The position numbers were made by a program, and so were the translations under genes. A stretch of DNA of 64,000 nucleotides, taken from positions 167,801-231,800 of the forward strand of contig OY760066.1 of the NCBI GenBank assembly GCA_963662985.1, given 5' to 3'. Of this stretch, positions 20,978 through 30,642 are shown piece by piece. The notes below the pieces were generated by a model, which was given only the letters and a program-made list of their open reading frames with translations, was not told the DNA's origin and did not search any database. Position 1 is the stretch's first letter. Every line of letters starts with the position of its first letter. Source of the DNA: Anaerolineales bacterium. Lineage in GTDB: Bacteria; Chloroflexota; Anaerolineae; Anaerolineales; UBA11579.

Positions 20978-21288
20978 AGATAATAGCTGTAACATCTTGT
21001 CCAATGGGTATGGCGCATACTTATATGGCTAGTGCTGCTTTAAAAAGATCTGCAAAGAAAAAAGGGTATGAAATCAAAGTTGAAACACAAGGGTCAATGG
21101 GAATACGTGATAAAATTTCAAAAGAAGAAATTCAAAATGCAGATATTTTGATTCTTGCTACTGATGTTGCTACTTTGGAACCTGAACGTTTCAAAGATTC
21201 GATAACTTATAAAACCACCACTAGTAAAATTATTCGAAATGCTGATTCTATTGTTGATGAAGCAATCAATCTTGTTGAAAACAAATAA
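20974..21288 (+). CDS. PTS EIIB component (fructose-type PTS_IIB)
   Basis: MKIIAVTSCPMGMAHTYMA, an N-terminal catalytic Cys in a Rossmann-like IIB fold. Overlaps the EIIA stop (ATGA). Confidence 0.8.
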   Translation: MKIIAVTSCPMGMAHTYMASAALKRSAKKKGYEIKVETQGSMGIRDKISKEEIQNADILILATDVATLEPERFKDSITYKTTTSKIIRNADSIVDEAINLVENK

Positions 21289-21322
21289 TACTCAATTATT
21301 TTTTAATCTTTAGGAGAAAAAT

Positions 21323-22339
21323 ATGAAAAAGGAAAGTTTAAAAGAATTTTTTGGTGATTTACGACAACATCTTATGACAGGCATTTCTTACATGATGCCA
21401 GTGATCATCCTGTATGCATTGTTTATGGTTTTGTCACAAATCCCAGGACCTACTCAACCAATGATGCAAGCATTGAGCGATGCAGGTTCTTTGTTAATCG
21501 TACCAGTGATGGCAACCTTTATTGCCTTCTCTATTTCTGGGAAACTCGCAATTGCCCCTACCCTTGTTTTGGCAATGATGTCTGATAATTTAGGGATGGG
21601 ATTTATTGGCGGTTTAATCGTTGGTTTGTTAAGTGGTTACTTGGTAAAATTAATTACCATTTTTGGAAATAAATTACCTGGTGGTCAAGTGACAGATATT
21701 TTGATCTCATTCTTGGTTGTACCGATCGTTGTTCCACTTCTATTAGGTGCATTTATCTATTTTGTGATTGCTTCCCCAGTAAATAGTTTAATGGTCAATT
21801 TAACCACTTGGTTGCACAATATGAGTGGAACCAACTCTGTGCTTTTGGCAGTGATTTTGGGTGCGATGATTGCGTTTGATATGGGTGGTCCGATCAATAA
21901 AACAGCATTTGCATTTGCTTTGGCTGCCTACACTGAAGGAGCCTATGAAGTGAGCGCACCGGTGTTGATTGCAATTTCGATTCCGACATTGGCAATGGCT
22001 TTGGCTTCTGCGATTGCACCCAAGAAGTATACAGCTGAAGAAAAATATGCAGGTCGTTCAGCGATTGTTTTAGGTCTGATTGGTTTGACAGAAGGTGCGA
22101 TTCCTTTCGCAGCAGTTGATCCTTTCCGTGTAATTCCTTCAATCATCGTCGGAAGCAGCCTGGGTGCTGGTTTGGCCGCTTTCTTTGGCATTTCAAACAC
22201 TGTGATGATTCCTGCTTTGATTGGGATGTCTGGTGTGAATAAGATTGTGCTCTATATTTTGATCCATGTGGTAGCCGTTGTGGTGACTGCTCTGCTGGTG
22301 AATGCGTTGAAGAAAGAAGTTCCGGAAGACGAACGATAA
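21323..22339 (+). CDS. PTS EIIC permease (fructose-like family)
   Basis: Polytopic membrane protein with glycine-rich loops (GGPINKTAFAFALAA ...) typical of PTS EIIC-Fru-like proteins. Position in the PTS operon. Confidence 0.8.
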   Translation: MKKESLKEFFGDLRQHLMTGISYMMPVIILYALFMVLSQIPGPTQPMMQALSDAGSLLIVPVMATFIAFSISGKLAIAPTLVLAMMSDNLGMGFIGGLIVGLLSGYLVKLITIFGNKLPGGQVTDILISFLVVPIVVPLLLGAFIYFVIASPVNSLMVNLTTWLHNMSGTNSVLLAVILGAMIAFDMGGPINKTAFAFALAAYTEGAYEVSAPVLIAISIPTLAMALASAIAPKKYTAEEKYAGRSAIVLGLIGLTEGAIPFAAVDPFRVIPSIIVGSSLGAGLAAFFGISNTVMIPALIGMSGVNKIVLYILIHVVAVVVTALLVNALKKEVPEDER

Positions 22340-22348
22340 GTAAATAAG

Positions 22349-22381
22349 CAGAGGAGTTATGAAAGTAACTCCTCTTTTTGT
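22349..22381 (+). terminator. Rho-independent terminator (or attenuator) after PTS EIIC
   Basis: AGAGGAGTTAtgaaagTAACTCCTCT followed by TTTTTG. Confidence 0.65.
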
Positions 22382-22417
22382 ATAATTTAAAAATTAAGTA
22401 TAACAATTAAAGGGTAA

Positions 22418-25117
22418 TTGATGAATAAAGTTCATGTTGTTGCACATACACATTGGGATCGAGAATGGTATCGTCCTTTTCAATTTTTTCGAACAAAGTT
22501 AGTTTTTGTGATTGATACGATCTTGAACACTTTGGAGAATGATGAAGAGTTTCGATTCTTTTTGTTGGATGGGCAATCGATTGTTTTAGATGACTATCTT
22601 GAAGTAAAGCCAGAAGCAAGAGAACGATTAAAAAACCTCATTAGTAAAGGTCGTTTAATTGTAGGCCCTTGGTATATCCAACCTGATGAATTTGCACCGG
22701 ATGGTGAGTCTTTGATTCGAAATCTTCTATTGGGAATTTCAAGTGCTGAAAAGTTTGGAAAGAGTATGCGAGTGGGATATTTGCCTGATTCGTTTGGGCA
22801 AAGTGCACAAATGCCACAAATCTTAAGAGGGTTTGACATTTCTTCAGCTGTGATGATGCGTGGTGTGCCGGCCTATTCTTTGGAACAGACTGAATTTAGA
22901 TGGCAAGGATTGAACGGGGATGAAGTTTTGAGCGTCTATTTACCGAAGGGGTATAGCAATGCGATGTTCTTGCCGGAATCTCCTTTGAAAGCAGTGGCAA
23001 GATTAAAAGAAGTAGTTGGTAAGTTAAAAAAATGGTCTAAGAATGGTCATATTTTGGTGATGAATGGTGTAGATCATCAGTTCATTCAACCAAGTTTGCC
23101 AGAGAGTGTAAAAGCGATTAATAAGGTGAGTTTGAATACTACCTATGAAATTAGTAGTATTGAACAATATGTGGGCGATGTGGCACAGGATGCAAAGGAT
23201 TTGCCAATTTTGAGAGATGAGCTTTTGTCGCCAGATCGCAACCGCGTACATAGCAGCATTGCTTCGACCCGAATCTATCAGAAACAAAAAAATCGAAAGA
23301 TGCAGGCTTTGTTGGAACGTTATGTTGAACCAATCGCCACAATGGCTTGGCTGAACGGTGCAGATTATCCAAAAGATTTGATTTGGCAGGCATGGAAATA
23401 TCTTTTGCAGAATCAGACGCATGATGGGATTTGTGGATGCTGCACAGATGGTGTACATCAGGAAATGGATTTTCGCTTTTCAAATGTAGAAGAAATTGGG
23501 ACAACTCTGCTTAAGTCGTATTCTAGAGCAATTGCTCGGAGAATTAATGCTGACAAAACTTTATTGACTGTTTTCAACAATAGCATGGTGAAAGGAAACC
23601 AAATTGTAAAAGCCACCGTTTTTTCTAAAACGGAAGAAATCGAATTGGTTGACATGAACGGTGAAAAAATTGATTTTGTGGTGGACGTAATTGAAGAAAT
23701 CGATGCGGCAGAAATGACAATCTGGACGTTATATTTGGAAACCCCAGAACCTTATAAAAAAATTGACATTTCTTTTCGCGTTAATTTTGATTTCAACGTG
23801 GGATATCGTTTGTTTGAAATTTTGGAAGGGAAAAAACCACAAAAAGAAATCACTTTAAAAAGTGCAACATATGCTGGATGTGAAACAGATGACTATGTAT
23901 TGAAATTCAACACAAACGGCACCTTCGACCTATTTGATAAAGCTTTAGAAAAAGATTTCAAAGGATGTCATTTGTTTGAAGATTGTGGAGATGCTGGAGA
24001 TACCTATAATTATTCACCTGTTGCAAATGACACCGTAGTGACATCTGCAGATGCAGAAGCGAAGATTCAATTGGTGAATGTAAATGCACTTAAGTTTGAA
24101 TATTTGATCAATTTGGTGATGCAAGTGCCTGAAACGTTGATTGAAAATGATACCAAACGATCTGCAAACTTAAGTGAGCTGCCGATTCAAACTAGATTGA
24201 CAGTCTATCGAAACGAGAGACGAATTGAATTTTCTACTGAAATTGAGAATTATGCTGATTATCATCGTGTGCGAGTTTTATTCCCTGTGGGATTTTTGGC
24301 AGAGACTTCATTTGCGGAGACACAATTTGGCGTGGTGGAACGTGACGTAGAACTGAATGTGGATGATTGGCAAGATAAGAAATTCACAGAAAAACCGTTG
24401 CCTATCTATTCTATGCATAAGTTTGTATGTTTGCAAAATGAGGATTTTGGACTGGCTGTGTTGAACCGCGGATTGCCTGAGTATGAGATTTATTCTGATG
24501 GTGAACAATCTTCAATTGCAATCACCTTATTGCGAGGCGTGGGTATGTTGGGGAAGTCTGATCTTTTGATTCGACCAGGGCGACCTTCGGGAATTGTGGT
24601 GCCTACTCCGGATGCACAGTGCCATGGGAAACAAGTGCTGCAATATGCTCTTTATCCTTTCAATGGGCGATTAGATGAAGTCGCAATCTCTAACGAAGCA
24701 TTAAAATTTGAGAATCAAAATTTAGCTGTGCAGAATTGCATTCAAATGCCCACTTTGGAAAAGAAATTTGCATTGATGTTGGGAATGGCTTCGATGGAGA
24801 CAATAACCTCTCATGTGGCAGATAGTTTGAAGGATATTCAAGAAAAAGATCAAGTTTATTTCTCTATAAGTTCTCCACACCTGAATATTAGTGCTTTGAA
24901 GAAAGCTGAATTTGATGATGGTATAATTTTACGATTGTATAATGAAACATCGAAGGATATTGACGGTGTGAAGCTGAGTGTGCCAGATGATGTGGTTGCT
25001 TGTGCTATCACTAATTTTTACGAAGATGTGATTGAGAACTTAACTATCAAAGATCATGAGGTAATCTTACCAACAGTAAAACGATATAGTGCAATAACTC
25101 TCAAGCTGAAAAAATAA
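22418..25117 (+). CDS. Glycoside hydrolase family 38 alpha-mannosidase (MngB-like)
   Basis: N-terminus VHVVAHTHWDREWY matches the GH38 metal-binding signature. Size ~900 aa. Adjacent to a fructose-family PTS, as in E. coli mngAB. Confidence 0.9.
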   Translation: MMNKVHVVAHTHWDREWYRPFQFFRTKLVFVIDTILNTLENDEEFRFFLLDGQSIVLDDYLEVKPEARERLKNLISKGRLIVGPWYIQPDEFAPDGESLIRNLLLGISSAEKFGKSMRVGYLPDSFGQSAQMPQILRGFDISSAVMMRGVPAYSLEQTEFRWQGLNGDEVLSVYLPKGYSNAMFLPESPLKAVARLKEVVGKLKKWSKNGHILVMNGVDHQFIQPSLPESVKAINKVSLNTTYEISSIEQYVGDVAQDAKDLPILRDELLSPDRNRVHSSIASTRIYQKQKNRKMQALLERYVEPIATMAWLNGADYPKDLIWQAWKYLLQNQTHDGICGCCTDGVHQEMDFRFSNVEEIGTTLLKSYSRAIARRINADKTLLTVFNNSMVKGNQIVKATVFSKTEEIELVDMNGEKIDFVVDVIEEIDAAEMTIWTLYLETPEPYKKIDISFRVNFDFNVGYRLFEILEGKKPQKEITLKSATYAGCETDDYVLKFNTNGTFDLFDKALEKDFKGCHLFEDCGDAGDTYNYSPVANDTVVTSADAEAKIQLVNVNALKFEYLINLVMQVPETLIENDTKRSANLSELPIQTRLTVYRNERRIEFSTEIENYADYHRVRVLFPVGFLAETSFAETQFGVVERDVELNVDDWQDKKFTEKPLPIYSMHKFVCLQNEDFGLAVLNRGLPEYEIYSDGEQSSIAITLLRGVGMLGKSDLLIRPGRPSGIVVPTPDAQCHGKQVLQYALYPFNGRLDEVAISNEALKFENQNLAVQNCIQMPTLEKKFALMLGMASMETITSHVADSLKDIQEKDQVYFSISSPHLNISALKKAEFDDGIILRLYNETSKDIDGVKLSVPDDVVACAITNFYEDVIENLTIKDHEVILPTVKRYSAITLKLKK

Positions 25118-25121
25118 GCGC

Positions 25122-25158
25122 TAAAACACTCACTAATTAGTGAGTGTTTTTTTATTTT
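25122..25158. terminator. Bidirectional intrinsic terminator between convergent GH38 and PNPOx-like genes
   Basis: AAAACACTCACTaattAGTGAGTGTTTT with T-runs on both sides. Confidence 0.7.
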
Positions 25159-25967
25159 GAAAATTCGAGCAATACAAGATCTTTGTTTTCTTTGAAATAA
25201 TTGTTGTTGGTTTGATCAAATTTGTTATACATTTCTTGAATTGCCTGTTGGGATGTGTTGATGTTTACTTTTGTTTTAAAGTGATTGTCTTTTCCATCAT
25301 ATATCATACAAACAGGATCTTTTTGAAAATATTTAATCTTTTTGCTTTTTTGTTTTGTCAAAATATAATATGTTTCATTTTCTATATAGGCACTCATGAC
25401 TTTTTCTTTGTCGCCATATCGCATGAGAATTAGGCGACTATGTTCAAATTGTTTTTCACCATGTTCCCCTTTTGCCAATGCGATAACTTGGTCGTGATGA
25501 TCGATAATAAATGATTGTTTGAAGCCAAGATTAAAGATGCCATCGATAACTTTTAATTCAAATAATTTCCCATGATGTTGATTTAAGATATGTTTAAATA
25601 TTTTGATCTCATCATCCGAAAGCTTTTGGTAAACTTTTTTGGGTTCTTCAACTTCTTTCGCAGAAAAACGATAAGTAATATTTTTTCTAAAAATCGCTGG
25701 GACTGACAATTGATCTGCAGGAATGAGTATGCCAGCAAGATTTGCATTTTTCATATTAAAAAAAGATTCTACATCAGGGCCAATTAATACAAAATGCTTG
25801 CCATCTATAAAACGATAGATAACAGTATCAATTTTTGGATTGCCTTGTTGATCTACGGTTGAGAGAATGATGGAATCGAATTGTGAACAAAAACCTGATA
25901 ATAACAGCTTTGCCTCTGCTAAGCTGATTCGGTTTCGAATTGCTTCCATTCTGGGATTTGTTTTCAT
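25152..25967 (-). CDS. Hypothetical protein. Possibly a PNPOx-like/HugZ-type heme-utilisation protein (tentative, based on context with iron/heme ABC importer).
   Basis: 271-aa soluble protein with no strong motif recognised. It is last in a co-directional block with an iron-chelate/heme-type ABC transporter. Confidence 0.3.
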   Translation of the reverse strand: MKTNPRMEAIRNRISLAEAKLLLSGFCSQFDSIILSTVDQQGNPKIDTVIYRFIDGKHFVLIGPDVESFFNMKNANLAGILIPADQLSVPAIFRKNITYRFSAKEVEEPKKVYQKLSDDEIKIFKHILNQHHGKLFELKVIDGIFNLGFKQSFIIDHHDQVIALAKGEHGEKQFEHSRLILMRYGDKEKVMSAYIENETYYILTKQKSKKIKYFQKDPVCMIYDGKDNHFKTKVNINTSQQAIQEMYNKFDQTNNNYFKENKDLVLLEFSK

Positions 25968-26022
25968 TTTTATCCTTAAATTCCCCTAGTAAAAGGGACT
26001 CCTTTTACTAGGGGAGATATAT

Positions 26023-27051
26023 CTATTCAATCACTGAACCAAGTTCAGATACAATGGTTGCGAGTGAGGTGTAACCACCTACTGTTAGATACCATTGTTC
26101 ACCAGAAAGATAGATGATGTGTGCATTTTGACCGGCTTTGGTGTGATTAACAAAAGCATTGTCTAAAGTGTCTGAGGCAAGCACGTCTGAAGAGGCTGTG
26201 ACAACGCCTCGATCAATTACAAAAATATAATTTGGATCAATTTCGGCGATAAATTCAAAGGAAATTGTTTTACCATGCTTGTTGACTTCTGCATCAATTT
26301 GATCTTGCGAAACAGGGCTGACAAAGTTAAAGGTGTTGAATACAAATCCATAACGGCTGGATTCTTCTGGACCATATGCGTTAATCTCTTTGCCTGTGGC
26401 AATCAACATCAAGGCATCTCGATTTTCTAATTTTGCAATAGATTCGCTGGTTTGTTCCACATTTTCTTGAAGTTCTGCAATCATTGTGCTTGCAAGTTCC
26501 TCTTTTTGATAAATGGAAGCTAATAATTCTACATTTGCAAATACAGTGTCCACAATTAATGGATTATCAATCCCTGGATATGAAAGGTAAACAACGGGGG
26601 CAATTTCTGCCAAATCTTCATAGACACTTGAGGATCGCGCTGAGATAAAAATTACCTCAGGCATAAGACCAGCAATGGCTTCATAGTCTGGTTCAAACAT
26701 AGTACCAACGATTGTGGTGTCTGTAACAGCATCTGCTAGATATGCAGGAATCAAAGAGCTAATCCCCGTAATGGAATCCTCAACTCCTAGTGCGATGAGA
26801 GTGTCTAGGGCAGCGACATCTAGGGCAACCACTTTTGTTGGGTTAAGCGGTACTTCTACTGTGCCTAACTTATGCTCAATGGTAATGGTTGAAGAAGTTT
26901 GTTCTTCTGCCATTGTTTCATTTTCTGGTTCTGTTTCCATAGAACTATTTTCTGTTTGATTACTTTCTACGGAATCTGTTGGGGTGTTGCATGCTGTGAG
27001 CAGCATACTTAATACTAAGAGTACGAGTAGTACAGATAGTAGCTTTTTCAT
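26023..27051 (-). CDS. Lipoprotein, iron-siderophore/heme-type periplasmic binding protein (cluster A-2 / FhuD-FecB-like SBP)
   Basis: Lipobox LLTACN followed by a Ser/Thr/Glu-rich linker. FecB-like fold features (VVALDVAALDTLIALGV ... EVIFISARS). Confidence 0.7.
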   Translation of the reverse strand: MKKLLSVLLVLLVLSMLLTACNTPTDSVESNQTENSSMETEPENETMAEEQTSSTITIEHKLGTVEVPLNPTKVVALDVAALDTLIALGVEDSITGISSLIPAYLADAVTDTTIVGTMFEPDYEAIAGLMPEVIFISARSSSVYEDLAEIAPVVYLSYPGIDNPLIVDTVFANVELLASIYQKEELASTMIAELQENVEQTSESIAKLENRDALMLIATGKEINAYGPEESSRYGFVFNTFNFVSPVSQDQIDAEVNKHGKTISFEFIAEIDPNYIFVIDRGVVTASSDVLASDTLDNAFVNHTKAGQNAHIIYLSGEQWYLTVGGYTSLATIVSELGSVIE

Positions 27052-27102
27052 AATTTCTCCTAACTAAAAATATAACAAGGATAACGATACATATCACTTG
27101 GA

Positions 27103-27858
27103 TTAATAATATAAACACATGGGTTTATTGTTTTTTTGAATTATTTCAAATTCAATATCATAAATCTCTTTTAGCAATTTACTCGAGACTATTTCATCAA
27201 CACCTCCTTCTCTCACCAGTCGTCCATCTTTCAAAGCAATCAGATAATCTGAATAACTTGCTGCAAAATTGATGTCATGCAGGACAAGGACGATGGTTTT
27301 GTTTTTTTGGTCTACTAATTTTCTGAGTAATTGCATGGTTTCTACCATGTATTTCATATCTAGATTGTTAAGAGGTTCATCTAGCATGATATAGTCTGTA
27401 TCTTGCGCTAATAGCGCAGCGATAAAGGCTCTTTGTTTTTGTCCCCCCGAGAGTTGATCTATATATTTATCTTTAATATCATATAAATCCACAAATTTAA
27501 GTGCTTCAATTATTTTTTGGTGATCCTGTTTGGTGAGTTTGCCTTTGGTATGCGGATAACGGCCAAATGAGACAATCTCAAAAATTGTAATTTTGATATT
27601 GGTGGAATTTGATTGTTTTAAAATACTTAACTTTTTAGCGAGATCAAGCGAATTCCAATCAATGAGTTGAGTTTCATCAATGATGATCTGTCCTGATTGA
27701 TGAGTTAATAATCGAGCAATGATACCAAGTAAGGTGGATTTACCAGCGCCATTTGGTCCAATAATAGTTGTGATTTTATTATTGGGAATATTCAAAGTTA
27801 CATTTTGTAACACTTGTTTTTTGCTATATGCCTTTGTGATGTGATTGACTTGAATCAT
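27103..27858 (-). CDS. ABC transporter ATP-binding protein (FecE/FhuC family)
   Basis: Walker A GPNGAGKST. ABC signature LSGGQKQR. Walker B IMLDEP. Confidence 0.85.
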   Translation of the reverse strand: MIQVNHITKAYSKKQVLQNVTLNIPNNKITTIIGPNGAGKSTLLGIIARLLTHQSGQIIIDETQLIDWNSLDLAKKLSILKQSNSTNIKITIFEIVSFGRYPHTKGKLTKQDHQKIIEALKFVDLYDIKDKYIDQLSGGQKQRAFIAALLAQDTDYIMLDEPLNNLDMKYMVETMQLLRKLVDQKNKTIVLVLHDINFAASYSDYLIALKDGRLVREGGVDEIVSSKLLKEIYDIEFEIIQKNNKPMCLYY

Positions 27859-28802
27859 GTTAAGTTCTCCTGAATTAGCAAAGTGATGAAATAAATTCCG
27901 CCAATTAGATTAATCACGATACTGATGGGGACTCCTACGCCAAACAATTGCTCGGTGAGGATATGCCCAAAAGATAAGATGAAAATGCCAAATAAAATAA
28001 CTGCTGGTAATAAGTATTGATGTTTATAAGTGTTCAAAAAGGTTAATCCAAGATTGACTATCAAGAATCCGAGAAAAGTGATTGGTCCAACCAATGCTGT
28101 GGAAACAGCGGTTAAAATCAATACTAGTGTTAAGTTGAGTAACACCTCTTTTTGATAATCAAGTCCTAAATTAATGGCTGAATCTTTTCCTAAAGCTAAG
28201 ACATCTAATTTTTGGTGTCTGGAAAAAATGAATATGAAGATTGATAAAACAATCAAGATTAATATCCAAAGAAGGTTTTCGTTTAAATTATTGAAACTTG
28301 CAAACATAAAAGATTGATAATATTCAAAGCTAGCTGGGTCCAACAACATTTGAATCACCGAGACCATACTTTGAAACAAGGTTGAAAAAATTATTCCAGA
28401 TAATAATAATTGGAATAAACCATCAAAACGAGCGAACATAATTTTGAATAATCCTATCCCAAAGATGACTAAGATTGAAAAGTTGAGTACAAAATTCAGA
28501 TTTGCATTCGTTACCAATTGGGATGTAGGAGAAATTAGAAAAATGACTAGCACTTGAATAAGTAAATAAAGAGAATCTAAGCCAAAGATACTGGGAGTGA
28601 TGATGCGGTTGTTGGTGATTGTTTGGAATAAAACGGTACTTGAACCAATTGAAATTGCGGTGATAATAATTCCAGATGCTTTAATCCCTCTTTTTTTGAT
28701 TGCATAATTAAATATCTCAAAGTTTATGTCAAAAAATAAAACAAAAATAATACTAATTGCTGCTAAAATGCCTAAGAGAAGAACTTTCTTTTTAATGCTC
28801 AT
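27855..28802 (-). CDS. Iron-chelate ABC transporter permease (FecCD family)
   Basis: Polytopic membrane protein with a FecCD-type TM pattern. 4-nt overlaps with neighbours. Confidence 0.75.
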   Translation of the reverse strand: MSIKKKVLLLGILAAISIIFVLFFDINFEIFNYAIKKRGIKASGIIITAISIGSSTVLFQTITNNRIITPSIFGLDSLYLLIQVLVIFLISPTSQLVTNANLNFVLNFSILVIFGIGLFKIMFARFDGLFQLLLSGIIFSTLFQSMVSVIQMLLDPASFEYYQSFMFASFNNLNENLLWILILIVLSIFIFIFSRHQKLDVLALGKDSAINLGLDYQKEVLLNLTLVLILTAVSTALVGPITFLGFLIVNLGLTFLNTYKHQYLLPAVILFGIFILSFGHILTEQLFGVGVPISIVINLIGGIYFITLLIQENLT

Positions 28803-29758
28803 GAACGATCTCCCCGAAACAAAATTAGCAGAAAAATCAATGTTCCTAAAATACCAATTACCAGCCCAATCGAAATCTCATAAGGATAAATAATAAGACG
28901 GCTGATGCTATCAGCAATTAAGAGAAATAATGCTCCGGGGATACCAACTATCCAAATATTTTTTTCAAGATTATCTCCAAATAAGTGTGAGACGATATTG
29001 GGAATGATTAAACCAACAAATGGTAAATTTCCGACAATAATAACCGTTGAAGCTGAAACAATGGCAATAAGTATTAATCCAATAGTAATGAAGAAATTAT
29101 AGTTAATGCCGATATTTGTAGAAAAGTCTTGCCCTAACCCTATGATGGTGAATTGTTTTGCGTATATAAATGTTAGGATGATTGCGGGGATGACTATATA
29201 AAGCAATTCATAGCGACCTGAAATGACTAATGACAAATTTCCAACAAACCAACCATTTAATGTTTGCAAAAAATTATATGAATAAGCTAAAAAAGTTGAG
29301 AATGAAGTGAAAATACTAGCTAACATGAGGCCAATCAAGGGGACATAGATGATGGTTTTGTATTTTATTTTCCTAAGAATCAACATAAAAATAATGGTTG
29401 AAAGGAATGAAACTGAAAATGCAAAGCCCATTTTTATAAAAGTGGAACTGTTACCAAAAAAAACAACTGAAATTGCCAACCCCAATTGCGCACCACTAAT
29501 GCCACTTGAAGTTGTGGGAGAAACAAATTTATTATTGCTAATTTGTTGAAATACAAGACCAGCGATGGAAAGCCCAAACCCAGCAATTATGAGGCTGATT
29601 GTGCGGGGTAAGCGGCTATTGAGGATTATGAATTGTGAAGTAGATTCTTTGATCCAAATTTCAGAAAAATCGATCTGACCTACACCAATGAAGATTGAGG
29701 CAATTGTTGCGATGAAAAATAGGACTATTATGGATAATTTTGGAATGGAAAAACTCAA
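28799..29758 (-). CDS. Iron-chelate ABC transporter permease (FecCD family)
   Basis: Polytopic membrane protein (…LNSRLPRTISLIIAGFGLSIAGLVFQ…), a FecCD hallmark region. Confidence 0.8.
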   Translation of the reverse strand: MSFSIPKLSIIVLFFIATIASIFIGVGQIDFSEIWIKESTSQFIILNSRLPRTISLIIAGFGLSIAGLVFQQISNNKFVSPTTSSGISGAQLGLAISVVFFGNSSTFIKMGFAFSVSFLSTIIFMLILRKIKYKTIIYVPLIGLMLASIFTSFSTFLAYSYNFLQTLNGWFVGNLSLVISGRYELLYIVIPAIILTFIYAKQFTIIGLGQDFSTNIGINYNFFITIGLILIAIVSASTVIIVGNLPFVGLIIPNIVSHLFGDNLEKNIWIVGIPGALFLLIADSISRLIIYPYEISIGLVIGILGTLIFLLILFRGDRS

Positions 29759-30068
29759 GTCATCTCCTGTATTTGTAAAAACTCTTTTATTAGTTAGCGT
29801 ATACTAATGTCATTACGGCGATTATACTGGTTGGGTTTAAATGGCGCAAGGTTATTTATATTTTTTAGATATATATATTAATTATTATCGCTCCAATATT
29901 TTCTGAGCACTATCGTCAGCCTTTTGCTTTCTATTTTTTTATCGGAGATTTGAGAAGTTGTTTGAAGTTTGTTTCTTAAGGTTTATAATTTTTTTCATGG
30001 ACTTAAGTCAACTATATTTTTCAAAAACGTTTACTGAAAACAACATTGATCTAGATTCATCCACGGCA

Positions 30069-30557
30069 ATGAAGAGAATTGCTGTGCGAGGGATTGTGGT
30101 GAATGATGGCAAGCTGTTAGTGGTTCACTCTCAATTAAAAGGGGATTATAAGTTGCCAGGTGGCGGAAAAAAAGAAGGTGAGACAGAGCTGCTTGCTTTG
30201 CAAAGGGAAATCGGAGAAGAGTGCGGAGTTTTGGTTGATGGGGAAGCTTTTGTAAAAGTTGGAGAAGTGTTGCAATATAAAAGCTCGATTGAAATAGAGA
30301 TTGATGTTTTTATTAATGATTCGAGATATTATTTTTGCGATGTGTCTGAGATTGGCTATCAGGATGTGGCAAGGAATCTTGATGATTATGAAGATGCTTT
30401 GGGCTTTGAAGCTATGTGGTTGGAAATTGATGAGATTTGGGCTGTTCAGAAAACTTTGCTTGGAAAAAAAGACTCTACCCCAAACAAATGGATTCGACGC
30501 GAGTTTTGGGTATTTGATATGTTAAAAAATCACAAAAAAGAATTTCTGTTGAAATAA
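30069..30557 (+). CDS. NUDIX hydrolase
   Basis: Nudix box GGGKKEGETELLALQREIGEECGV. Start placed at MKRIAVRG (ATG 30069). The track ORF begins further upstream at 29958. Confidence 0.7.
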   Translation: MKRIAVRGIVVNDGKLLVVHSQLKGDYKLPGGGKKEGETELLALQREIGEECGVLVDGEAFVKVGEVLQYKSSIEIEIDVFINDSRYYFCDVSEIGYQDVARNLDDYEDALGFEAMWLEIDEIWAVQKTLLGKKDSTPNKWIRREFWVFDMLKNHKKEFLLK

Positions 30558-30642
30558 CTTTTTGAGCGAATTATTTATTTTGGGATAAGATTGATAGTAT
30601 AATAGATGTTCTAGAATAATTACATAAAAAGGATGTGAATAT

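Noticed and set aside
21894-22839. Minus-strand ORFs overlapping PTS EIIC and the GH38 start (21894..22142, 21943..22200, 22143..22406, 22407..22619, 22594..22839, 23024..23655)
   Set aside because: They are antisense to genes with strong family signatures, with no independent support.
29759-29957. Possible Fur/DtxR box upstream of the iron ABC operon
   Set aside because: Only weak partial matches (e.g. ATTATCGCTCC, TACTAATGTCATTAC). Nothing resembles a 7-1-7 or 19-bp Fur consensus well enough to call.
29958-30068. Upstream extension of the NUDIX ORF (MFEVCFLRFIIFF…)
   Set aside because: The hydrophobic or odd N-terminal extension is not part of the Nudix fold. The conserved protein starts at MKRIAV (30069). 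Also 16842..16916 (LarE), 18558..18596 (PTS regulator) and 32868..32930 (EtfB) were trimmed similarly because conserved N-termini begin at the internal Met.
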